A stretch of DNA of 64,000 nt from Amphiura filiformis (GCF_039555335.1 NC_092646.1:36923911-36987910), one strand, 5' to 3'. Numbered from the stretch's first letter, positions 1 to 10,976 are shown. Numbers and translations: made by a program. Notes: generated by a model not told the origin, from the letters alone.

Positions 1-87
1 AACAATACAAACATCCATCCCTGCCATAACCCAACACCCATAGGCAATGAGGATAAAGTGCCTTACCCAAGGACACAACATGTTAAC

Positions 88-167
88 ACAGGTGGGGTTC
101 GAACTCGCAACCTATGGATTATGAGTCGAGCGACTTATCCACTCAGCCACACGCGCTCAAAGAATTT
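88..167 (-). pseudogene. tRNA-Met(CAU)-like sequence; probably a tRNA-derived SINE head or pseudogene
   Basis: The reverse complement reads GGCTGAGTGGATAAG (D-loop-like), CGACTCATAATCC (anticodon loop with CAT) and GAGTTCGAACCCCAC (T-loop-like). The T-stem halves GCGAG and CCCAC do not pair, so a functional cloverleaf is unlikely. Confidence 0.4.
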
Positions 168-751
168 CTGTATATTCTATTATACGTTCCAGCTTGTGAT
201 ATCACGCTAGACAAATTCCATTCACAGCCAGAGGAGGTTCATGTGTATGAATGCAATGGAGCAATCAATACAGCCTTGATTTGATATGAATTGAACAGAA
301 TTCAAAAGTGACAGAGGTATCAACAATGCTGGAACAGATACCAACAAGCTTATGTAGTGGGTTGGTAGCAGGGCTGGGCTCATGTATAACTTCAACTTAT
401 GCATTAAACCTGATGCCGTTTCTCTTGAAACAGATTCATCAGGATCGTTCATAGTTCATATTGATTGATAAAGGTTCAGTTTCAGATCCCATTAAAATGA
501 TACTACTCACTCAGAAATATTTCAATTGAAATATTTCTGAGTGAGTAGTATCATTTTAATTGGATCTAATGCCATATGTTGTTCACAAAATGTACAACTT
601 CCCCCACCACCATTTCAAAAACAATAACTTGGTATATAGAAGACTGCTGCTCTCAGTCGTCAACCGTCTGGATTGTAGTGTCCAGGTGGTTAACATTGAA
701 ATGATATACATGAATTTATCAACTTATCTGTATCAATGATGTTGTCCTTAC

Positions 752-934
752 CTTGTCTCTAGTTTCTATGGCAACAAAACTAGTGAATTTGGTCACAATG
801 GAGTATTCTTTACTCAACCCAATGATGTAGTTTTTCTGCTCCGTTTTCTTCACTTCATGTTCTGTTCGGTTGACATCAAGAGTTCCATCCTCCCAGTCTC
901 TTATGATGGCACGAGCTGTCAGCTGATGCAGCAT
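752..934 (-). CDS. PARP4: PARP4 exon (region after the VWA domain): LHQLTARAIIRDWEDGTLDVNRTEHEVKKTEQKNYIIGLSKEYSIVTKFTSFVAIETRDK
   Basis: Acceptor ttatag|ATGCTG and donor AAG|gtaagg. The peptide matches the human PARP4 segment IHKLAARALIRDYEDG…SLITQFTSFVAVEKRDE. It is in frame with the upstream exons, and the gene continues beyond the window start. Confidence 0.75.
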
Positions 935-2028
935 CTATAATGGGTCAAAGGTCATATTCAAGTAAATGGGTAAAGAATCATGCACTTATACTACTATTCA
1001 TATACTACTATAACAGTGAAAATATTTGTGCAAAATTAATCTTTGTGCTTTTTGTGTTCCATGCTGCTACCGCGAAAATAATGTGTAAATATATTGCTTT
1101 TGTGTATTCGCTGACATAGTGCATGTTAGTAACCACATGGTTACTGGTTCAAGCCTGGGATCATACACCTGTTAAGCTTTGTGTTGTGATCATTTCGATC
1201 AGTGGTTCATAACAAAGTAAGCATGAGCCAGTTGACGTAGCAACGATCACATTCTAACGTGTACTATGACAGTGAACAGGTAAGAAAGCTTAGAATTGCA
1301 AATTTAAGTGAAACAATTCAAAATGCGTGAAAAATAAATAACGTCAAAATTTCTTTTTAAAAGTATAAAAATGTTTGACATTTGGAGAAATATTTTAAAA
1401 GTGAAGGAGAACTCAAAGAAATTCTCAAAAGGTTTTTTCATGTGAAAATTGTCAACAAGGAAGAAAAAAGCAGTATTGAAAAATGTGAAGCTGCATTCAA
1501 CTGTGTGTGGAAGTTTCTGCACAGACCAGGCACAAACTCCTCAAACATTGACTAAAATGGCAAAATTTTACCCTTATTAGTTCCATTTGGTTTGAATCAC
1601 TTGCGGAATATGTTACCACTCCTATTTGAACTTTCGTTTTTTACCCAGGGTAGCTCATTCAATGTCAAACCATTGTGAAAATGCAAAAATCTGGTTTTTC
1701 ACAATTTGATGGAGAAATAATTTGGATGTACATTGGTTCGCTTCGAGATTGGTAGTGACGTCAATGCTTTGTTACGGTTGCGCAGCAAGCATACCGACAA
1801 GTCACCTTTGTATGTGTGCATATATGTTCTGCACGATTAACTTTATACCCACACGATTTGAAACTGCGACCAGGCAAAATACGCACATACATCACTACTG
1901 AATTTGAGGTGAACCAAAGAATAGTATTTTTCCCATCCATACACAGAAAACAAGGCAAAGTCTCAGCTCCCCTTGTCTAACATTTGTTATGAACATTTAT
2001 ACTGAATTGCAATTGACCTTTGACCTAC

Positions 2029-2109
2029 CTTGCCTTCAGTGATACTGAGGTCATGAGTGGATACCATAGTTGAAACTTCCTTCCCAGCAATCATTGCTTT
2101 CAGTGTTGC
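2029..2109 (-). CDS. PARP4: PARP4 exon: ATLKAMIAGKEVSTMVSTHDLSITEGK
   Basis: Acceptor ttttgcag|GCAACA and donor GGCAAG|gtaggt. It is 81 bp and phase 0, and resembles human ATLCALIQEKEFRTMVSTTELQKTTG. Confidence 0.65.
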
Positions 2110-2252
2110 CTGCAAAACCAACATGTCATGCAAATGCAATCATATTTTAGTCAGAATTTCGAGTAACAGTTTTTTTTTCAAATAAGTGCCCTATGACCCC
2201 TAATGAACCCAATGATCAGAAATGATAGAACATTGAAGGTTATAAGTTTTAC

Positions 2253-2515
2253 CTGAGTGCAAAATGGCACATATCCATAGACGACTTGTCGAGATCCACT
2301 GAACAATGATGTGATCTGATTGGGTGCTTGAATCGGTCTCGGTGCGTGGTTATCAAACTGTTGCCATTCCACGCTGACTGATGTAAGCACCGGATGAGAA
2401 GATTTGTTCAGTTGAGACTTGATCTTTCCTTCCCATTTGGATTTCACTTTGCTGTCAAAGAACTGAAATGCTCCGGCACCGACTCGTGCAAGCGCCCTCA
2501 ACAGGTGACGATTGG
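2253..2515 (-). CDS. PARP4: PARP4 exon (distal end of the VWA region): ANRHLLRALARVGAGAFQFFDSKVKSKWEGKIKSQLNKSSHPVLTSVSVEWQQFDNHAPRPIQAP…VYGYVPFCTQ
   Basis: Acceptor tctacag|CC and donor CAG|gtaaaa. Very close to human STANRHVLRILSQCGAGVFEYFNAKSKHSWRKQIEDQMTRLCSPSCHSVSVKWQQL…VYGFIPHCTQ. Confidence 0.8.
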
Positions 2516-2742
2516 CTGTAGAACTGAGGTAAATGACATAAAACATAATTGAAAATAACATTGAAAACTTTCTTTCTCTCTACCCATACACAAAATTAAT
2601 AGACCCAATACATTTGTTCATGGTTTAAAAGTTCATCACTAATATACTCAGCAGTCCAGTTAGACTTCATGTTTCAATGATACTTTTATTACAAAATATT
2701 TCATGATACATTTTCAATTTTTAATTGCCAAATCATCCTTAC

Positions 2743-3001
2743 CTGACACCGAATGTAAACAAGCGAGTATACATGGCATTATCATGTACAGCATTCAATG
2801 TAGCTTCTTCATTGTTGATATGCCCGTCAGATATCAAGTACACATTCCGCAGAGTCTCCGCTTTGAGTAAGAAGTAAGCATGTAATGGATGCCAGGCTTC
2901 TGTGCTACCCATGGAAGCCTCTAAGCTGTTGATAAATGTCTGGGCTTTCTTTGTGTTGATGCCATTCTTGGGTTGACTGCTTGCAAAGAGTTCATCAAAT
3001 G
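2743..3001 (-). CDS. PARP4: PARP4 exon (VWA domain): AFDELFASSQPKNGINTKKAQTFINSLEASMGSTEAWHPLHAYFLLKAETLRNVYLISDGHINNEEATLNAVHDNAMYTRLFTFGV
   Basis: Acceptor cttttccag|CATTTG and donor TCAG|gtaagg. It carries the VWA signature LISDGH followed by RLFTFG (human LVSDGHLQDE…TRLFACGIG). Confidence 0.8.
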
Positions 3002-3229
3002 CTGGAAAAGAAGAAAATAATGTTGGTAATTAGTTTAGAAATATGATAACACAATCTTATCCAACATCACACCAAAGTAGGAAATTTTGACAATTAAGAT
3101 ACTATCATTACTAACTTGCTCAGGGAGGGATTTACAGCAGATACACAGAACATGCTGCAATAAAATCTTCTGGAAGACCTAACAACAGGTGAAAAACTGC
3201 GAGCTAGCACCACCAGTTAGCATCGGTAG

Positions 3230-3715
3230 TGAAGGCGGATGAGTTACGACAACCAAAGTTAACGGCAGTCCACTGGCGGATGAACAGAGGAGAAGGGAAA
3301 TGGTGGTCATCCTTAGTCCACCCAGTAGAAGGCTACAGTATTAGCCTAGAGGTAGAGGGTGGTCATGTAGTTTGGTGTGCTAGGCTATCGGTCGGAAGGT
3401 TGTAAGATCATGAGCTTTCTCATTTATCCTCTATCCCACTCATTGTGGCCCTAAACGTGCAGACACCACAGTGGGTGCATAGCGTGCCGTGGTTCGGAGA
3501 GTCACGTAAAAAGGTGGTCCCATGTAACGGAAGAGCAATATCTGGACATGTAAAAGTTGCAGGCCTTTTCATAAAGAGCAGGGGATCAGCTCGGGCCTGT
3601 TGTCTGTCACACTCAGCCTTTGGGGCTTGGCAGCATATCGACCCGTGGCGCGCTTTGAGGAATCTGAGTATTCAGAAAGCGTGGATAAATGCTGTTTTAT
3701 TTTTTATGTGATACT
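3230..3715 (+). mobile_element. tRNA-derived SINE, full-length copy of a two-copy family
   Basis: The 3420–3711 body is about 90% identical to 28862–29160 in the same orientation. The head (about 3340–3420) has box A- and box B-like motifs, TGTAGTTTGGT and GGTTGTAAGATC. The internal ORFs at 3445..3711 and 28896..29240 are SINE body, not genes. Confidence 0.6.
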
Positions 3716-3796
3716 AACCAATCACAAACCATGGGGAGTGTGATTGACAGGATCGTTGATGCAGACATTTTTCTATTGTCTTTGGTAATAACTTAC

Positions 3797-3983
3797 CTGT
3801 TCCAAACACAACAATATTGAAGACCCAATCATCAGGCAGGTGATGTAAGGCTAACAAAGCAATCTTCTTAGCTTCTCTTAAACTCTCCCCTCTCATTGAA
3901 TTGGAAAGGTCCAACATGAAAATGACCTCTGACCTCCCTTCAGTGTTGGCTTCAAATTCTGGGTAGAAAGTCAACATGCATGC
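3797..3983 (-). CDS. PARP4: PARP4 exon (start of the VWA domain): ACMLTFYPEFEANTEGRSEVIFMLDLSNSMRGESLREAKKIALLALHHLPDDWVFNIVVFGTG
   Basis: Acceptor tttacag|GCATGC and donor ACAG|gtaagt. It contains the VWA MIDAS motif DLSNS (DxSxS) and matches human ACMLVFQPD…VIICLDCSSSM…IIQFGTG. Confidence 0.85.
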
Positions 3984-4231
3984 CTGTAAAGAGAAATGTT
4001 AATAAAGAAGTTTATAATTATCCTTCATTTTTAATAGGAGGATGTTGGTGTATAGTGGAAAATTTTCACGGCGGTTTAATTTTTGTGCTTTTCACGGTTG
4101 AACATGCAGTCACAAATTTTTAACCCAACAAAAACATTTATTACACATAGAACTTAATAATGTAAATATAACAAACATATTTTTTCACCAGGTTCGCCGT
4201 CGCAAATAATTAAAGAGACAAGTAAATAAAG

Positions 4232-4306
4232 TGGTCCCGTCTAGGAAACGAACCCAGGACCTCAGGTTTACAAGACCTGTGCCATAACCATTTGGCCACG
4301 GGAACT
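4232..4306 (-). tRNA. tRNA-Thr(UGU)-like gene or pseudogene
   Basis: About 75 nt. It has a D-arm GCCA/AATGGTTA/TGGC, an anticodon arm CAGGT/CTTGTAA/ACCTG with anticodon TGT, and a T-arm CTGGG/TTCGTTT/CCTAG with one G·U pair. The acceptor stem pairs at only 5 of 7 positions. It is intronic, in the same intron as a MITE. Confidence 0.4.
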
Positions 4307-4416
4307 TCGAGATTAGGCTGGTTGCAATTCGAACCTATAAGCGATCACTTAAACTTATCTCCTCCCCACAAATAGCCCATAATAGCTAGTGCCATAAATG
4401 TGAGAATGTAAATATA

Positions 4417-4839
4417 TGTGACGTGTCATGTCAAAAGGAGACACTTTTGGGCAGGGTCGTAAATAGAGAAATAGCCAAAAATCTGCCCGAGGGTGATTTT
4501 TCACAATTTCGGTTTGTTGGGAATTTGTGATGTTATTAATGTTAAAAATATTGTCTGATAGTTTCAGACCCGAATATAACTGGCATCTTGTATTTTTGAG
4601 ACATTTTTCAAGGCAATTTGTACTCCCAACATTGTCAATAATATTTTTTAAAGGCCGATATCTCAATTTCCAATTTTATAATACCATAACTTACAAACTC
4701 AATATCTTCGCTTAGGAATGTCCGATTACATTGGGGAAAATGGCATTATGGAGCCAAATATCTCTATATTTAAGATATGTAAAAACCTCAAAATTGATAA
4801 CCTGCCCAAAAGTGTCTCCTTTTGACATGACACATCACA
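4417..4839. mobile_element. MITE with about 38-bp terminal inverted repeats and TA target-site duplication (Tc1/mariner- or Stowaway-like)
   Basis: Left end TGTGACGTGTCATGTCAAAAGGAGACACTTTTGGGCAGG and right end its reverse complement (CCTGCCCAAAAGTGTCTCCTTTTGACATGACACATCACA). Each is flanked by TA. The interior is non-coding. Confidence 0.7.
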
Positions 4840-4920
4840 TATTTGGAAACGTGAATTAAACACCCAGTAAACTGTCCGCAATTGATAAAATCACAAAAAA
4901 TTATTTAACCAATAAGTTCC

Positions 4921-5165
4921 CAGTAGTTCTGGTTCTGGTCGTCATCTTTACTTTGCTTAACCTGGCTATCTTTCTTGGATGAGTGGCACTCTACCCACAT
5001 ACGAGGTACGTGAATCTCTGCCAATCCAATCTAAAAACCATCGTCCAAGCATCTTCAAATGCTATGATATCTCTATACTTTGCTTACCTGACTATCTTTC
5101 TTAGATGGGTGGCGCTCTACCCACATACGAGGTACGTGGATCTCTGCCAATCCAATCTGAAGCTG
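4921..5165 (-). repeat. Tandem duplication (2 copies of about 118 bp) of the 3' tail and donor site of PARP4 exon 5088..5310
   Basis: The block …CTACCCACATACGAGGTACGTG[A/G]ATCTCTGCCAATCCAATCT… occurs twice. The distal copy has its donor destroyed (cttaacc in place of cttacc). Confidence 0.7.
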
Positions 5166-5310
5166 AAAGCCATCATCCAACCGTGTGCAACCATCAGCCA
5201 ATGCTACTGTAGCTTTGCTTGCTGTGCGCTTGATTCTGATTGGATGAGTGGGTGACTCCAGAGTTCGAATGTCATAGGGCATCTCTATAGCAACCTCCAC
5301 AGACAGATTG
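5088..5310 (-). CDS. PARP4: PARP4 exon (between VIT and VWA): NLSVEVAIEMPYDIRTLESPTHPIRIKRTASKATVALADGCTRLDDGFQLQIGLAEIHVPRMWVERHPSKKDSQ
   Basis: Acceptor ccatcag|C and donor CAG|gtaagc. Matches human SLTMSIEMPYVIEFI…HIGLSAAYLPRMWVEKHPEKESE. Confidence 0.8.
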
Positions 5311-5460
5311 CTGATGGAAAATGAATGATAAAGTTCACTGTTGTAAAATGCCACTGAAAAAATGTTTCATTTTAAATTTGTCTTCAAAACATCAACATTT
5401 AAGTTTTGCATCAATCATCAATCATATGTACATAATGTATTAGCATCATAGCACCAATGC

Positions 5461-6060
5461 CTTTGACAGATCAGAGTGATCTTACCCTTTCATTTCTTTG
5501 GCTATCTTGACCAGGACCATGCGCAGAATTTTTTAATTGGTGGTGCAGAATTCCAAAATGCGGGCCTCCTCCCAAAAAAATCACTTGCATGCAGAAAGTG
5601 GACTTCACCACCCCCTAAAAAAATCTTCTAATTTGGACCTTCTTCGACATTTGTGCAGTTTTTTGTCATGAAGAGTGTTTTTTGGTAAGGATTTTTTTCT
5701 TGACTGTCTTCAGGTCTGCCTGAGTAACCTCTGACAGTGCACTTCCAAGGAGCTGCACCAAATATTGGTTTATATCCGTCAGCATTAACTAAGTACATCT
5801 AAATGATGTTACCCTTTCATTTCTTTGTCTATCTTGACTGTCTTCAGGTCTGCCTGAGTAACCTCTGACAATGCTGCATCTTTCTTCCAAGGAGTTGCAG
5901 TGCCAACTACACCAAATACTGGTATATATCTGTCAACAGTGACATCTAAATGAACTTACCCTTTCATTTCTTTGTCTACTTTGACTGTCTTCAGGTCTGT
6001 CTGAGTAACCTCTGACAATGCTGCATCTTTCTTCCAAGGAGCAACACTGCCTGGTAGACC
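5461..6060 (-). repeat. Tandem triplication (about 130-bp units, third partial) of the 3' tail and donor site of PARP4 exon 5960..6165
   Basis: The string cttaccctttcatttctttgtctatcttgactgtcttcaggtctgcctgagtaacctctgaca… recurs at about 5951, 5813 and 5495. Each copy keeps a GTAAG-type donor on the minus strand. Confidence 0.7.
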
Positions 6061-6165
6061 AAACACTATCTTATCTCCATCTACAGATAACTCTGCCATG
6101 TAGACTATCTTGATGACCACGGTTGTCTTTGGGGGAAGGTTACCTACACTCACTGTGAACACATC
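5960..6165 (-). CDS. PARP4: PARP4 exon (VIT domain, second half): DVFTVSVGNLPPKTTVVIKIVYMAELSVDGDKIVFGLPGSVAPWKKDAALSEVTQTDLKTVKVDKEMK
   Basis: Acceptor ctttgcag|GATGTG and donor GG|gtaagt. Near-identical to human DVFTVSVGNLPPKAKVLIKITYITELS…ATVAPWQQDKALNEN. Confidence 0.85.
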
Positions 6166-6234
6166 CTGCAAAGAGACACAATTTGAGTGATATCCTCTGC
6201 GCTGCAGCCTTCCAGTGGTGGCACAATGAGGGGA

Positions 6235-6545
6235 CATTTTATCTTGTCCCCCAGTAAAAACCCAAAAGTACGAAAAATTCTACATTTTGCAGAAATTTTG
6301 CGCAAAATTGGTAGATTTTCCCCCACCTGAAATTCACCCCCCTGGTAATGCCACTGCAGCCTTAACTGTACAAAGATCAAGTGGCAACACCAGGAATTTT
6401 TTTCGGGGGCATTGAGGAGGCAAAGTGAATTTCAGGGGGAAAAATCAACAAGTTTTGCGCAAAATTGCCGCAAAAAGTGGAAATTTTCGTAATTTGGGGT
6501 TTTACTGGGGGCAACGGGGGGAAGAGTTCTGACTGGGGGGCATTT
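6235..6545. repeat. Inverted pair of a dispersed repeat (family member also at 55245..55400)
   Basis: 6400–6545 is about 85% identical to 55245–55400 (…GCAAAGTGAATTTCAGGGGG…TTTTGCGCAAAATTG…GTGGAAATTTTCGTAATTT…). 6235–6365 carries the reverse complement of the same repeat. Confidence 0.55.
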
Positions 6546-7204
6546 GCCAGCACTGCAAAGACCCCCATTAGGCCTATAACAATGACAAATTCAGGACATT
6601 AACAGAGCACAAACAAAGGGCCTCTTCTCCTTAGTGGATAAACAAGTAATCAAGTATGGTAGAGAGCGGTTTAAATTCCTCTGAACAAGTTATAAATCAT
6701 CAAAAAAAGTGGGAATTGGTGAATCCAACGGACGAGGACACAAAACACATCAAGGATCAATAAATGATACAAGAGGATAAATCATCTTCAAGTATTATAG
6801 TTGATGGACACACCCCCACCCACACCTACATTGTACACACAATTCAGTCTCTCAGACAATCTAAAATTGAATTGAAAATGTGGGAACTTCTAGAAGCTAC
6901 TGATGCAGATGAAAGATGTGTTGTTCAATGACCAAGCTGATAAGACTATGAGGTGGTTAAAAGAAGCCATTTGGATCCACATCAAAGAACATGACACTCT
7001 AAACAAAGACGAGGGGCCTATGCACTCAACAACATCTTTGACCAACTCATCACACCCTCTGCAGTGCTTCCTGTTGCACGTAAAAGGCCACACAGTCTGA
7101 TGGGATGAGTTGCCATTCTGACGAAACCACTAGTGTAGTGGTGAAACGTCACTAAAACGGTGAGTAAATCACCTTCGTTTTTAGTTGAAATTCTTCAAAA
7201 TGAA

Positions 7205-7515
7205 AAAATGCACAGTTGAAATCAACATTCCTAATAGGCTATTCCAGTTGAAATCCACACTACCCCTGTGGAAGATTTTGGAAATATCTTCCACAGGGAG
7301 AGTATGTTTTTCAAATGTAATTGGTCAGGGTTAATCATTTTGAAAAACATACTCCCCCTGTATTATGGCTTTACCTATCTTCCACAACTGGAGTGAGTAT
7401 TTCAAATGGATGTTACCCAATTGTCTATTCTATTTGAAACTCATACTCCCTCTGTGAAAAACTTTAGCTAAATCTTCCACAGGGGTAGGATAGATTTTAA
7501 ATGGAATAGCCCACT
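7205..7515. repeat. Three tandem units of a hairpin-containing repeat (family member also at 29480..29700)
   Basis: Each unit has the hairpin CCCTGTGGAAGAT…ATCTTCCACAGGG and the motifs TTGAAATCCACAC and GGAATAGCCCA. Both loci share these motifs. Confidence 0.5.
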
Positions 7516-7566
7516 GAACTTGTTCAAAGATGTTAGATAACATGTATTTTATTATGCACTACTTAC

Positions 7567-7785
7567 TGGTGTTTCTTCATCCATAAGATAAGCTCCATGT
7601 CCCTTGCTGATAGCTTCTTTGTATTCCTTGTGGGCTGTTTCTTTGTCTTTCACCTCCCCTACGATATGCTTGTCATTAATGAAAGCTTCAAATCCACACA
7701 CTGCTGCCATATCATCCAGGGGGAACACATACTTAGCTTCTATCGGGTCATCATTTTCATTGGTGTACACTTGGAAGACTACAAC
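7567..7785 (-). CDS. PARP4: PARP4 exon (VIT domain, first half): VVVFQVYTNENDDPIEAKYVFPLDDMAAVCGFEAFINDKHIVGEVKDKETAHKEYKEAISKGHGAYLMDEETP
   Basis: Acceptor tttttag|GTTGTA and donor CCA|gtaagt. Near-identical to human VIVFQTYTNKSHVPIEAKYIFPLDDKAAVCGFEAFINGKHIVGEIKEKEEAQQEYLEAVTQGHGAYLM. Confidence 0.9.
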
Positions 7786-7799
7786 CTAAAAATTAGACA

Positions 7800-8110
7800 G
7801 AAAATGTGAAAGCAATACAAAGAAGGGGAATGAGGAAGAGGATGGAGGAATGAGGTGAAACATCAGGAGGAAGAAAAAGAATAATGTGGGAGGAATGTAG
7901 GGAAAAGGATGTAGATGTCGTAAAAGGATGGTTGAATAAGATTGGACCGATAAATTTAAAAAGGGAAAGGAAATATCAAAAGAAGGAAGAAGATAGGGGG
8001 GAGAAAACATGGTGTGGAAAACAAGGAAAGTGACAACAAGGAATAAAGAGTGGAAAAGGGGGAAGATGAGAAGACACAATAACAGAAGGATAAAGAAGAA
8101 AGAAAAGAAG
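7800..8110. repeat. GA-rich low-complexity tract in an intron
   Basis: Runs of GAAGGGGAATGAGGAAGAGGATGGAGG… The 97-aa ORF at 7786..8079 is an artefact of this tract. Confidence 0.8.
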
Positions 8111-8519
8111 AAGATGATAAAAAGAAAATCCTCAGGATATACTCATAAAAAAATACACTATTAACTGATTGTCATCTTTGCTCATCTGATGATAATGTTT
8201 ATCTGATATAGATAGAGATTACATATAATGATATTGCAGTATTAAAGTAAGGAAGTTTGCATGTTTTAAAACCGCTTGATATAAAGCAGATATGCTAACT
8301 ATCAAATTTTTACGGTGACACACTCCTTTTTTTGCCCATTGTTTCTGAAACAAACAAAAAACTGTTCTTTTAATTTGGCAGAATGTAGCTCATATAACAG
8401 AGAACTCTCATGAGTGACACTTGTTGGTTGCTTAAAAACAGTAGACCATGTTGGATGTAGCCCAATACTGGGTTGGCCAAGAACTGAATATCATCCAGAT
8501 CTTGACATCTGATACTCAC

Positions 8520-8650
8520 CTCCGCAGCCAAGTCCAGTAATTTAGCCCTGACATGGACAGCTTTCAGTGGCACTGGTTGATCACTATTAGACAATAGACC
8601 TGCTTGGACTTTGGACAGTGGGTCAGTAATGGACTGCACATCATTCAGAT
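8520..8650 (-). CDS. PARP4: PARP4 exon (linker into VIT): DLNDVQSITDPLSKVQAGLLSNSDQPVPLKAVHVRAKLLDLAAE
   Basis: Acceptor tttcag|AT and donor GAG|gtgagt. Its reading frame was checked codon by codon against ORF 8370..8675. Resembles human AGLQDASGNLVPLEDVHIKGRIIDTVAQ. Confidence 0.8.
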
Positions 8651-8800
8651 CTGAAATATTTGAAAATTTAGACAATTTTTATTTATGGCCCCATATCCAA
8701 ATTATGAATAAATTCGGAAATTAGACAAATTACATCTATGAGTATAAGCAACTACGGTTTGATTTGCATGGTAATAAGGTGATATTCCCAGGTTTCTTAC

Positions 8801-8966
8801 CAATTTTATCTCCCGATACCATCTCAATGTCCAAGTCATCTTGATCCAAGATGGCTGCCGTCTCCATGGAAACATTGAGGTTTTTAGGTTTGTCTGCTGG
8901 CAATGTGAATTCTACAAGATAGCGTATCCGCTGTTGAGTTATGTCATATACTGCAAATTCATCATC
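8801..8966 (-). CDS. PARP4: PARP4 exon (C-terminal end of the PARP catalytic domain): DDEFAVYDITQQRIRYLVEFTLPADKPKNLNVSMETAAILDQDDLDIEMVSGDKI
   Basis: Acceptor tttttag|GATGAT and donor ATTG|gtaaga. The DDEFAVYD…RYL motif matches the PARP catalytic C-terminus (PARP1 YNEYIVYD…KYLL, PARP4 DDEFVVYKTNQVKMKYII). Confidence 0.8.
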
Positions 8967-9187
8967 CTAAAAATAAAATGAAATACATTTCAAATACAAT
9001 ACATAGATATTTCATAATTATTATTATGTACATGTATCAATTTTAAAATATCATAACTGTGCTTGTAAAGAGACTCCCTGGCACATATTCTATAATATGC
9101 AAATTCACATTGTCTGTGCAAAAACTGTTACGTACTACTTTAATTTGTTTCACCAATTTCACTTCCTACAGAGAAATACCCAGCATA

Positions 9188-10316
9188 GAAATTAATACAG
9201 GGTGTATCAAAATGATTGGTACCGGGCTATGTGACATGTTCAAAAATATATCAAAAATATAAAATTTCAAATAAATATAGTTTTTTACTATCAATAGAAA
9301 GGGGCATATGTTAACGTATTGATCTGATAATCTGAAGATAATAGGTTGACGCATCTGGGAGCTATTGTCATTTAAACGATGATCGACGTAATCGTGGTTT
9401 TACTTACACAACACAAGATAAAACGGTTCACTGCTTGAACTATTTATTGTATACATGCTCTTCAATATCTCACCTCAGTCTACATGACAGCATTGCACAT
9501 GCTTTTAGAAAGATAGTTCCTGAAATTCCTGCCTTACGACTCTGGCAATGTGAGGTGAAGCCCTATATTGAATGAACTTAGCACCTGGGATGGATCCATT
9601 CTGTAACTGCCCATATCAAATTTTGAAACATTGCAAGTTATAGCATGTTTGCATGGGATACTCATTGCTCTTGGAAACTGTCTTCTAAATCTTATCTGCA
9701 CCTCTCCATAGCTTCGTGTCAACTAGTAATTCTTTACTATGAATGCACACTGAAGTGTGGAATACTGTGAAGCCATTCCAATAACTTTCACCACGTCTAA
9801 CCTAACATCCATGCACTGTCTACAGTCTATAGCCATTCTGTCACACCATCATTAATAATCTTAAACATCTTTATACTACAATTTAAATTACCGCCCTAGA
9901 AAGTGTTGATACATTAACTTCTTTCACCCACCTAAAATATTCAAGTCAATAATATTACTCCCAACCAATAAAATATTGATTAGAACATTTATTTATATTA
10001 TGAATGAAGAAATAGGCAAGGAAAAAATTTCCATGATTTTCAACATATCATTCTCACAAGGTATTGGTAGTAAAATAGAGCTTTGAAAATGATCCAGCGT
10101 TACGATGAAAAGTGTAAAAACACCTACTTTCCTTTATAATCATGTAACTTTAGAACAGAATGTGCTATCTTTATGATCTAAAATTCTTAGAGAAGATAAA
10201 ACTACTATAATTTCAAATATTTAAACAATTAACCCCAAGCTGGTACATAAAATAGTTTAAAAAATCTGCAAAAATGAAAAGTCGTTGGTACCAATCATTT
10301 TGATACACCCTGTAGC
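9188..10316. mobile_element. Non-autonomous DNA transposon remnant with 26-bp terminal inverted repeats and TA flanks (Tc1/mariner-like)
   Basis: CAGGGTGTATCAAAATGATTGGTACC at 9190–9216 and its exact reverse complement at 10289–10314, each followed or preceded by TA. The interior has no ORF. Confidence 0.5.
9538..9600 (-). CDS. PARP4: PARP4 micro-exon (catalytic domain): NGSIPGAKFIQYRASPHIARV
   Basis: Acceptor ttacag|AATGGA and donor GTC|gtaagg. It is 63 bp and phase 0, and sits between the exons ending …PSDFK and beginning DDEFAVYD, at the position of PARP1 …NISLDGVDVPLG…. Confidence 0.5.
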
Positions 10317-10394
10317 ATGCAAGTTATGTCATAACTGGTCTTATGGTTATCTTGTAAAGACTACAAAACAGATTACAGTAAATAGATGCATTTT

Positions 10395-10800
10395 GTAAAG
10401 GGTGTGACAAGTCCTACGTAGGGGAGACAGGAAGACAGTTTGGGACAAGACTCAAAGAACACAAGAAAGACTCTGAAACAATAGCCGAAAGAAAATTCAC
10501 AAGGGCAAACAGGAAAGAATCAACTTCTGAACAACACAAATCAGCCATTACTGACCACATCACGCAGGAGAACCATGTCATTGAATGGGAGGGGGCAAAA
10601 GTACTTGACAGGGACTCGAACGCATTCACCAGAAGAATATATAAAGGGAAGCTATCCAAATCCGCAAAAAGGGGGCCAAAGCAATCAACCGCGATGAAGG
10701 TATCGTCTCTCTCGATCACGTATACGATCCACTGCTCAAAACAAAAACAACATCACTTCCTGGAAATGTCAACAAGCCGTTTCGCGGGAAAAGCAGTGGA
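10395..10800 (+). mobile_element. Penelope-like element 3' fragment (GIY-YIG endonuclease domain) with a frameshift
   Basis: The plus-strand translation reads GCDKSYVGETGRQFGTRLKEHKKD…HKSAITDHITQENHVIEWEGAKVLD, then in another frame KEAIQIRKRGPKAINRDEGIVSLDHVYDPLL. These are canonical GIY-YIG and PLE C-terminal motifs. No reverse transcriptase lies upstream, so the copy is 5'-truncated. Confidence 0.65.
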
Positions 10801-10976
10801 CCAAGACACTTGTGATCAAGCCATCAGCCCAGATGGCGAAAGCTAAAGTAGTGAGTTACTTTTTATTGGATTTACCTAGCAAAATGTTTAATTATACAAA
10901 CAAATTACCTTGAAATTGGTAGCTTTGGAAGCTCTGTTTAAAATATGCTTACAGATAGCTCTGTCAGGTACTAATA

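Noticed and set aside
88-167. Functional tRNA-Met gene
   Set aside because: The T-stem halves are not complementary and the D-stem is poor. It is called a tRNA-derived pseudogene or SINE instead.
222-452. 76-aa minus-strand ORF, considered as the next PARP4 exon after 752..934
   Set aside because: No convincing similarity to the expected PARP4 segment (…PFPDIPKVSELIAKED…) and no clear splice sites. Left unannotated.
3445-3711. 88-aa ORF MALNVQTPQWVHSVPWFGESRK… (and its twin at 28896..29240)
   Set aside because: The same sequence occurs twice as the body of a SINE. It is conserved because it is a repeat, not because it encodes protein.
7786-8079. 97-aa ORF on the minus strand (…FPLFHSLFLVVTFLVF…)
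   Set aside because: It lies entirely within a GA-rich low-complexity tract (polypyrimidine on the other strand). It is a composition artefact inside PARP4 intron 1.
10414-10719. 101-aa minus-strand ORF
   Set aside because: It is the antisense of the plus-strand Penelope-like GIY-YIG fragment and has no protein-like features of its own.
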